Below, piece after piece: positions 56,005-64,000 of a DNA stretch of 64,000 nt. The number at the start of each line of letters is the position of its first letter. The first letter of the stretch is position 1. The notes beneath the pieces were generated by a model. That model saw only the letters and a program-made list of their open reading frames with translations, ran no database searches and was not told the origin of the DNA. Source of the DNA: Octopus sinensis (Eukaryota); the NCBI RefSeq assembly GCF_006345805.1, contig NC_043003.1, forward strand, positions 14,322,001 to 14,386,000, in the 5' to 3' direction. The position numbers were made by a program, and so were the translations under genes.

Positions 56005-56177
56005 GCAGGAGGGGCCGCGTGGCAAGTAACTTGCTTACCAACCACATGGTTCCAGGTTCCGTCCTGCTGCGTGGCACCTTGGGCAAATGTCTTGTACCAT
56101 AGCCTTGGGCCGACCAAAGCCTTTACGAGTGGATTTGGTAGATGGAAACTGAAAGAAGCCCGTCGTATATATATATG

Positions 56178-56223
<46 letters not shown>

Positions 56224-57038
56224 CTTTTTTTTCTTTCTTTTTACTTGTTTCAGTCATTTTGACTGCGGCCATGCTGGAGCACCGCCTTTAATCGAGCAAC
56301 TCGACCCCGGGACTTATTCTTTGTAAGCCCAGTACTTATTCTATCGGTGTCTTTTCCCGAACCGCTAAGTTATATATATACATGTGTTTGTGTGTCTATG
56401 TTTGTTCTCCGACATCGCTTGACAACCGATGCTGGTGTGTTTACGTCCCCGTAACTTAGCGGTTTGGCAAAATAGACCGATAAAATAAGTACTAAGGCTT
56501 ACAAAGAAGCACCGCCTTTAGTCGAAGAAATCGACTAAAGGCGGTGCTCCAGTATGGCCGCAGTCAAATGACTGAAACAAGCAAAAGAGAGAGAGAGAGA
56601 GACGAATTTTTATTTAGATTCATACATATTTAAAATATAAACCTTATATATATCTCTTTTACTCTTTTACTTGTTTCAGTCATTTGACTGCGGCCATGCT
56701 GGAGCACCGCCTTTAATCGAGCAACTCGACCCCTGGGACTTATTCTTTTGTAAGCCCAGAACTTATTCTATCGGTCTCTTTTTGCTAAACCGCTAAGTAA
56801 CGGGGACATAAACACACCAGCATCGGTTGTCAAGCAATGCTAGGGGGACAAACACACACACGCATATATATATATATACATATATACGACGGGCTTCTTT
56901 CAGTTTCCGTCTACCAAATCCACTCACAAGGCTTTGGTCGGCCCGAGGCTATAGTAGAAGACACTTGCCCAAGGTGCCACGCAGTGGGACCGAACCCAGA
57001 ACCATGTGGTTGGTAAACAAGCTACTTACCACACAGCC
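56005..57038. mobile_element. Cluster of SINE family A copies with internal inversions
   Basis: Plus head, inverted tail, plus tail, then a full minus copy at 56655-57038. Confidence 0.8.
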
Positions 57039-57609
57039 ATACTATGTGTATGTAACATTACATTTTGATATTGTACTACATTGTACTACATTTCTAGTAA
57101 TGTTGAAAAAGATAGAGAGAGAAATTGGTTAAGGTTATGATAGAAGAAGTCAGTCTGAGATGGAAAGACGGATAAAGGGAGAAAGAAAAGGAGAACATGA
57201 GAAAGAAAGACAAGCAAGCATTCATTCATTGAAATAGAGAGATAGACAAAAACAGATTTGGAACAGAATTAGTATACTAAATACATATCTACACACACAC
57301 GCACATAAATCTCTCTCTCTATCTATCTATCTATCCATCTATCTATCTATTTCTATAATTCAGTTTATGTGCTTGTATAATAACGACGGAGGTGTTAACA
57401 ATAACATCTTACTCCCACGCTGACTATTTCTTTGACAGGCAAGAATCAAATGCGTGTATAACAGACAAATATAAGTGTATGAGTGTGTGGGGAGGAATGA
57501 GTGTATGAACGTTTATACACACGTTCACTCACACAATTATTAATACGCCCTCAGCTTCACGCGCATAATCACTTCACATTTCCACACACAAACACTCACT
57601 ATAGCGGTT

Positions 57610-58000
57610 TCGAACTTAGGCGCAAGGCCAGAAATTTCGGGTGTAGGGGCTAGTCGATTACATCGACAACAGTGCTCAACGCCGCCGGGCGAAATGCTTA
57701 GCGGTATTTCGTCTGTCGTTACGTTCAGAGTTCAAATTCCGCCGAGGTCGACTTTGCCTTTCATCCATTCGGGGTCGATAAATAAAGTACCAGTTTCGCA
57801 CTGGCGTCGATATAATCGACTTAATACCTATGTCTGTCCCCTCTATGTTTAGCCCCTTGTGGGTAATAAAGAAATTGGTATTTATTTTATCGACCCCGAA
57901 AGGATGACGCCGGTGGAATTTGATCTCAGAACGTAAAGACGAACGAATGCTCTCTAAGCATTATGCCCGGTGTGCTTGACGGTTTAGCCACCTCGCCTTC
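57610..58000. mobile_element. SINE family B (+) nested in SINE family B (-)
   Basis: Plus copy at about 57680-57876 interrupts a minus copy. Confidence 0.7.
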
Positions 58001-58079
58001 TTACTAACACTAACTATACAAGCAAGCTATGTACCTACATGTAGTAAACCCTATACAATATAGTCAATGAAAATAAATT

Positions 58080-58492
58080 GGATCTTTTCGGTTTGAACGG
58101 CAGTTTTTTTAAATAATTTCCACGTAACAAAACACTTTTAAACTTCGTATACTGGTAGAATGTGTTTATAAAACATCTTTTTCTCTTGGCTTTATTGAGA
58201 AAATTCTATAGTTTGTAAGATATTTGTTGTTTTTTTTTCTTCAATTTCTGCAATTTCAACCAATCAATGACCGTCTATTGAGGTGAAAACATTCTGTGCT
58301 GTATGAATATGTCCCTCAGTCAAGAAACAGATTGGGTTTATTTACATTTGTGAAGAAAAAAAGATACCCTTCCCCCCTAACCCTAACCCTAAAACAGATT
58401 GAAATGCAATAGATCGATACTAGGGTCATAAATATGGGTGGCAATTTCATATGACACTGCTAAAAAAACTGCCGTTCAAACCGAAATGATCC
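58080..58492. mobile_element. GGATC-terminal MITE with internal (CCCTAA)3
   Basis: TIRs GGATCTTTTCGGTTTGAACGGCAG / CTGCCGTTCAAACCGAAATGATCC; shares AAACTTCGTATACTGGTAGAATGTGT with the 54031 element. Confidence 0.8.
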
Positions 58493-58989
58493 AGCAAGCC
58501 ATATACCCACATGTAGTAAACCCTATACAATATAGTCTATGAAAATAAATTATGACATAAGCTGGAAGAGACGATGGTGTCGTCCCATAATTTCATTGCA
58601 TGGTTGACAATGCTGTCTCCTTGCATTCTGAGTTCAAATCTCGGTTAAGATGCAAGTTCATAATTGCAGAAAAGCGAAGGTAAATTGTCATTAAAAAAAA
58701 AAAACACGAGAGTAAATTGTGATAAAAACTGGAAGAGACGACAGCAACATCCCATAATTTCATTGCATGGCTTACAACTTTATGAGTAGAGAAGTTGCCG
58801 AGACCCTACATATAAAGCCCACCCATCAGATATCATTTTTCTAACAATATCCAATGTCTTATGATGAACTCAAAGTATTTCACATAAGCTATAGAGTGCC
58901 TCAATGAAGCAGCATTTTCCTATACCCGTTTCAACCCCTATTTTTGAAATACTTTACCTGTCACTAGAATGTACTATACATGTGTACCA

Positions 58990-59166
58990 GGCGATCCTTC
59001 GGTATAAGTACACATGTGACTTTGTTTACATTTCTGAAGATAACAGAAACCCTTTTCTCCCACCCCTAACCCTAACCCTAATCCCCCCATATATAAAAAA
59101 AGCACTTTCTTGAAATGTATCCAGTACTTCCGGTACTTACACCAGTACTTATACCGAAGTTACGCC
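58990..59166. mobile_element. Small MITE with 9-bp target-site duplication and internal (CCCTAA)3
   Basis: TIRs GGCGATCCTTCGGTATAAGTAC / GTACTTATACCGAAGTTACGCC; TGTGTACCA on both flanks. Confidence 0.8.
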
Positions 59167-60026
59167 TGTGTACCATAGCCTTGGGCTAATCAAAGCCTTG
59201 TTAGTGGATTTGGTAGATGGAAACTGTGCACATGCGTGTGTGTGTGTGTGTGTGTGTCTATGTTTGTCCCCCACCATTCTCGACAGCTGATGCTGGTGTA
59301 TTTATGTCCCCATAACTTAATGTTTCGGCAAAAGTGACCAATAGAATAAATAGCAGGCTTTAAAAACTTTAGGTTCAAAAGAATTCTCCAAGGCGGTGCC
59401 CCAGCATGGCCTCAGTCTAGTGAGTGAAGCAAATAAAGGGTAAAAGATAAAAAAATACATTTCTTTTTAAAGAAATAATAATTTTCTATTTATTAGTTCA
59501 GTGACTGTGTGTCACTTTGAGAAAATATATTTCGAACAGGAGTTTAGTGGCGCCATCTGTAGCCGAGCAGTTATTCTGTGCTGATGAAGGGAAATGACTC
59601 AGGAGCCATTGGTACGCAGATATTGCTTTTGAGCTGAGTGTGTGTGTGTGTGGGGGGGCGCTAAACTCTCTTGTTCAAAAACATAAGGACGCAGATTGTG
59701 TGTCGTATAGCCAGCTGGAGACGATGTTTCCAGGGGGAAAACAACAATAATAGTCGTCCTAACCAGGACTGCCACATTATGTTGGCAAATAATTTTTACT
59801 CTAAAATATGTTTCATATCCCATTAAATATGGTATTCTTTTATTCTTTTACTTTTGACTGCAGCCATACTGGAGCACCACCTTTAGTCAAACAAATTGAC
59901 CCCAGGACTTATTCTTTGTAAGCTTAGTACTTATTCTATTGATCTCCTTAGTTACAGGGATGCAAATGCACCAACAGCGGTTGTCAGTCGATGGTGGGGG
60001 GGGACAAACATGGATACACAAATACA

Positions 60027-60491
60027 TACGTGGTCTGATCAATAAGTACCTGGGCTGTTGTCATAGCAACAAAGCTAAAGCACACAGAATAAAGCTGCTT
60101 GGCACAGATTGACCTTGAATTCTGCTGTGCATGCACACCACTACGTTTTAACATTCTAGCTCACCTCTGCTGTTTACAGCAGTGCTTGGAAGGAACATGT
60201 GTAGCATGTGATCGTCGCAAAGACTATGACAGAAAGCGGAGCAGAGAATCTGCATCAAATTTTGCCAAAAGCTTGGTGATACCTGTTCAGAGGCCTATGC
60301 AAAGTTTTCAAAAAGCTTTAATCATTCTCGATACAATCAAGGAGATTATTTACATTATTTACATTCAATGGATATTTGTCCTCATCTTGTTTGTTATTAA
60401 CACAACGTTTCGGCTGATGTACCCTCCAGCCTTCTTCAGGTGTCTTGGGGAAATTTCGAACCTGGGTTTTCATTCCTAAGGTATTTTTCAA

Positions 60492-60522
<31 letters not shown>

Positions 60523-60790
60523 GTTATTGTTCAGGTCACTGCTTGGAAGCGAACTTGGAATCTTGGGGTTAGTAGCCTGAGCTCTTAACTACTACGCCAT
60601 ATGCCTGCATATGATCTTGCGAAACTAAAACCCGAGTGTCTTTTTGGTCAGCTGAAAACAGTTTTGACACAACAAACTTGGCAGACATGCATCTCATATC
60701 CAAATCTTCAGTAATAATGGACTGAACTGAACCGTAACTGATCTGCTGTTTGTGGGTCTTCCAGAATGTTCGTCAATATTGACATTGTCA
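60027..60790. pseudogene. Rearranged mariner remnant (5' part on plus strand, next part inverted)
   Basis: EQRICIKFCQKLGDTCSEAY at about 60238-60300; minus-strand QISYGSVQSIITEDLDMRCMSAKFV at about 60665-60745. Confidence 0.75.
60345..60606 (-). mobile_element. tRNA-like head + (AAT)n + Penelope-type hammerhead terminus
   Basis: TGGCGTAGTAGTT and GTTCGCTTCC boxes; gacacCTGAAGAaGGCTG..CAGCCGAAACGTTgtgtt at 60399-60444; matches 29312-29450. Confidence 0.75.
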
Positions 60791-60805
60791 CATATTGTAT
60801 CACAG

Positions 60806-60827
<22 letters not shown>

Positions 60828-60836
<9 letters not shown>

Positions 60837-61135
60837 TAAGGGTAGAAATTGATATTTATCAATTAAGACCAGTGGTCTAGCATATTAAAAAAGAATCCGA
60901 AGATTAAAATATTTATATATACCAATTAAGGACTGAACACGAAAAGTGGACAGTCAACATGCTAGATATAGACGTCAAATCGCTATTCACCACAAAAGAT
61001 TATGTTCTCAGATCAAACTCAGCAAAAGTTTTTGTGCTGAGTTTGATCTGAGAACATAATCTTTTGTGGTGAATGGCGATTTGACGTCTATATCTAGCAT
61101 GTTGACTGTCCACTTTTCGTGTTCAGTCCTTAATT

Positions 61136-61142
<7 letters not shown>
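60828..61142. mobile_element. Fold-back element with ~105-bp near-perfect hairpin, in (TA)n
   Basis: 60918-61024 inverted at about 61035-61141. Confidence 0.8.
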
Positions 61143-61170
<28 letters not shown>

Positions 61171-61171
61171 G

Positions 61172-61851
61172 GTCAATAAAAAAGGGTAGAATTAATTAAT
61201 TATTAATTAATTCGACCGAGCAGTGTTCGGTATGTAAAATGGCCATTTACGGTATATTTGAAATATTACTTTATAAAAATAGGGTGAAGTAAAATAATTT
61301 ACTTTACCACACACCAAGCTTTTTAGAAATAGCAGCCAAAAATTTGGCTATTAATAATTAATTAATTCTACCCTTTTTTATTGACAATATAATGCTTTCT
61401 CCCCAAGAATTTGAACTACAGTTTTGCCTCTGTAGGAATGCACTACTCTGTGACTCACGTGGGTGGACAGGGAGAATACTAGATCTCATTTGTATTTTTG
61501 GATTCTCTAGTACTGGTGGTCTGGCATGATTTGTCCGGTGTTACATATATCGGACGGGTATGTTTGATTCTTAGTACTTTCGAATCTAAATCAGAAGAAA
61601 TCTCTGAGCTGATGAAGGAAATGTTGGCGTTTAATCCACTAATCCAGAGACAGGCTGTCCTCGGGTATCTTATATGGATGTGATCTTTCGTTGTTTTTCC
61701 CTTATACCTTTGTGAGTTATTTCCGAGTATGCATTGTCTGGGAGACTTTTTCTTGCAGTAGAAGAAATAGCCAAATTTTTGGCTGCTATTTCTAAAAAGC
61801 TCGGTGTGTGGTAAATTAAATTATTTTACTTTACCCTATTTTTATAAAGTA
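61172..61851. mobile_element. Fold-back, circularly permuted hammerhead element in (TA)n
   Basis: ctgagCTGATGA..GAGACAGGCTGTCctcgg at 61604-61664; inverted arm 61172-61352. Confidence 0.75.
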
Positions 61852-62347
61852 TATATATATACATATATATATATACATACATATATATATATATTTATAT
61901 GATGGGCATCTTTCAGTTTCCATCTACCAGATCCACTCACAAGGCTTTTGTCGACCCAAGGCTATAGTAGAAGACACTTGCCCAAAGTGCCAGGCAGTGG
62001 GACTGAACCCTGAACCATGTGGTTGTGAAGCAAGCTTCTTACCACACAGCCACTCCTGTGTATAAATATTTGTAATCTTTTGTACTATTATTTGACCATG
62101 TTTGGACAACAAGCTATTCAGGTAATGGTCAATTTCTTGGAAAGATCACTAATTCTTCATAAACGTGCTGTTTGAAATTCAGCATGCATAATCTTTGCAA
62201 CAGAGATACTCATTAAAGAACCTATTGCCTCTGGCGAAATGTAGACAAGCAATTCTCAGCAAGAAAGATTGTTATTGCTTCCAAGAAGTAAACACACAAC
62301 ACAGAGCTGTCCATGAGTGAAACAAGCTTCTTTCAATGCACATGCAC

Positions 62348-62400
<53 letters not shown>

Positions 62401-62411
62401 ACACACACACA

Positions 62412-62442
<31 letters not shown>

Positions 62443-62485
62443 CAATGTAACTGAGTGATTCCACTTGCTGAAAGTTATCCAATAA

Positions 62486-62788
62486 CATGGGAGTTGTGGC
62501 ATGCTCCGGTAATCCTGCCACTCGGAGGCTTCGTAGGGTGGCCAGTTTGAGATTGAGAGTCCTGGTAGCCAGTCTTCTATTGTGATTGGGTGTCCGTGCT
62601 AAGCTCTGCATCGATATAGTGCTGGAAAGGGAGCTTATCAGGACCAAGTTGTCTAAGGAGGGTTGCTTCAGCCCAGGGCAGAAATGCAGCAAGCAAAAGA
62701 CTCTGTGTCAAGCAGTCGTGGGATCGCACTTGTGAATAGTTGTCGATTGGCAGTCTGTTTGATACAACTGAACACCAATCTAATTTTT
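62486..62788 (+). ncRNA. RN7SL: 7SL (SRP) RNA gene or pseudogene, full length
   Basis: Collinear with metazoan 7SL: GTGGC..GTAATCC..ACTCGGAGGCT, GGGTGTCCG..CTAAG, GCATCGATATAGTG, CTAAGGAGGG, CCCAGG-GCA-GAAA-TGC-AGCA, GTGGGATCGC..TGTGAATAG; about 296 nt then TTTTT. Confidence 0.88.
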
Positions 62789-62853
62789 AAATAAAAGGCA
62801 GTGCTCCAGCATGGCTGCAGTCAGATGACTGAAACAAGTAAAAGAATAAAAGA

Positions 62854-62894
<41 letters not shown>

Positions 62895-62937
62895 CATACA
62901 TACATGCATACATACATACATATATATATATATATAT

Positions 62938-62969
<32 letters not shown>

Positions 62970-63199
62970 ATTATATATATATATATATATATAACCAAAA
63001 TCAAAGTTGATCAAAATCAATGGAAATTGAAATTGCAGCTGTGATACCAGTGCCGGTGGCACGGCACGTAAGAGGTGGAAGAGAAAGAGAGTGAGCAGAA
63101 GAGAAAGTGAACAAGCATGAGAAAGAGAGCATGTGTTTAAAAAATACTTATTAGTAGGTCTATTGTCAACAGGATTTGAAAATGATTATTTTTTTATAA

Positions 63200-63558
63200 G
63201 CGAGGTCGTTGCCTTTGAGCGAGATCAGTGGCACATGAAAAAACATTTGAGCGAGGTCGTTGCCAGTTCCACTGGACTGGCTCCTGTGCAGGTGGCATGT
63301 AAAAAACACCATTTGAGCATGGCCGTTGCCAGTACTGCCTGACTGGCCCTCGTGCCGGTGGCATGCAAAAGCACCCACTACACTCTCGGAGTGGTTGGCA
63401 TTAGGAAGGGCATCCAGCTGTAGAAACTCTGCCAGATCAAGATTGAAGCCTGGTGCAGCCATCTGGTTTGCTAGTCCTCAGTCAAATCGTCCAACCCATG
63501 CTAGCATGGAAAGCAGACGTTAAACGATAATGATGATGATGATGATGGTGATGATGAC
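63200..63558 (+). mobile_element. RTE 3' UTR fragment with subrepeats and (ATG)n tail
   Basis: Matches 3875-4360 in the opposite orientation. Confidence 0.75.
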
Positions 63559-63779
63559 TGTATATTTTGAGGTTACTTCTAAAATCCACATTTTGTTTCT
63601 GGTGAAAGTTAGTCACATTTAAGATTAATCAGATAAATTCAATTTTTTTCTTCATTTTTCTAGTTGATGATGTTTCAGACTTTATCTTCTGAAGTGCAGC
63701 ATGTTTGCAAAAAAACATTTGGGATCCAGTATAAAAAAATTATAATGACATTTTAATAAACATTCATCAAAGAGGCAAC

Positions 63780-64000
63780 AAATTAGTTGAATCGTTACCA
63801 CACTGGATGAAATGCTTAGTGGCATTTTGTCTGCTGTTACGTTCTGAGTTCAAATTCCACCGAGGTTGACTTTGTCTTTCATCCTTTCGAGGTCAATAAA
63901 TTAAGTACCAATTATGCACTGGGGTTGATATAATCGACTTAATCCATTTGTCTATCCTTGTTTGTCCCTTCTGTGTTTAGCCCCTTGTGGGTAGTAAAGA
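63780..64000 (+). mobile_element. SINE family B, runs to the window edge
   Basis: Core and tail match 51925-52145. Confidence 0.8.

Overview
AT-rich, microsatellite-dense eukaryotic intergenic or intronic DNA. The SINE repertoire and simple-repeat load suggest an Octopus-type cephalopod genome (inference). No intact host protein-coding gene is supportable; almost all supplied ORFs are microsatellite or SINE read-throughs. Recognisable content: several tRNA-headed SINE families, RTE and R4/Dong non-LTR fragments, a Penelope GIY-YIG fragment, mariner remnants, MITEs (TA-, TTAA- and 8/9-bp-TSD types), a Helentron/DINE-like element and a full-length 7SL (SRP) RNA copy at 62486-62788. The most striking signal is about 18 minimal type I hammerhead-ribozyme motifs, many of them degenerate, from roughly a dozen sequence-distinct small elements. 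Several of these show head-to-tail or circularly permuted units of about 340-590 nt and fold-back junctions. The junctions fit twin priming on multimeric or circular ribozyme RNA, i.e. a Penelope-dependent, retrozyme-like system. All calls were made by eye; coordinates of degenerate repeats are approximate.
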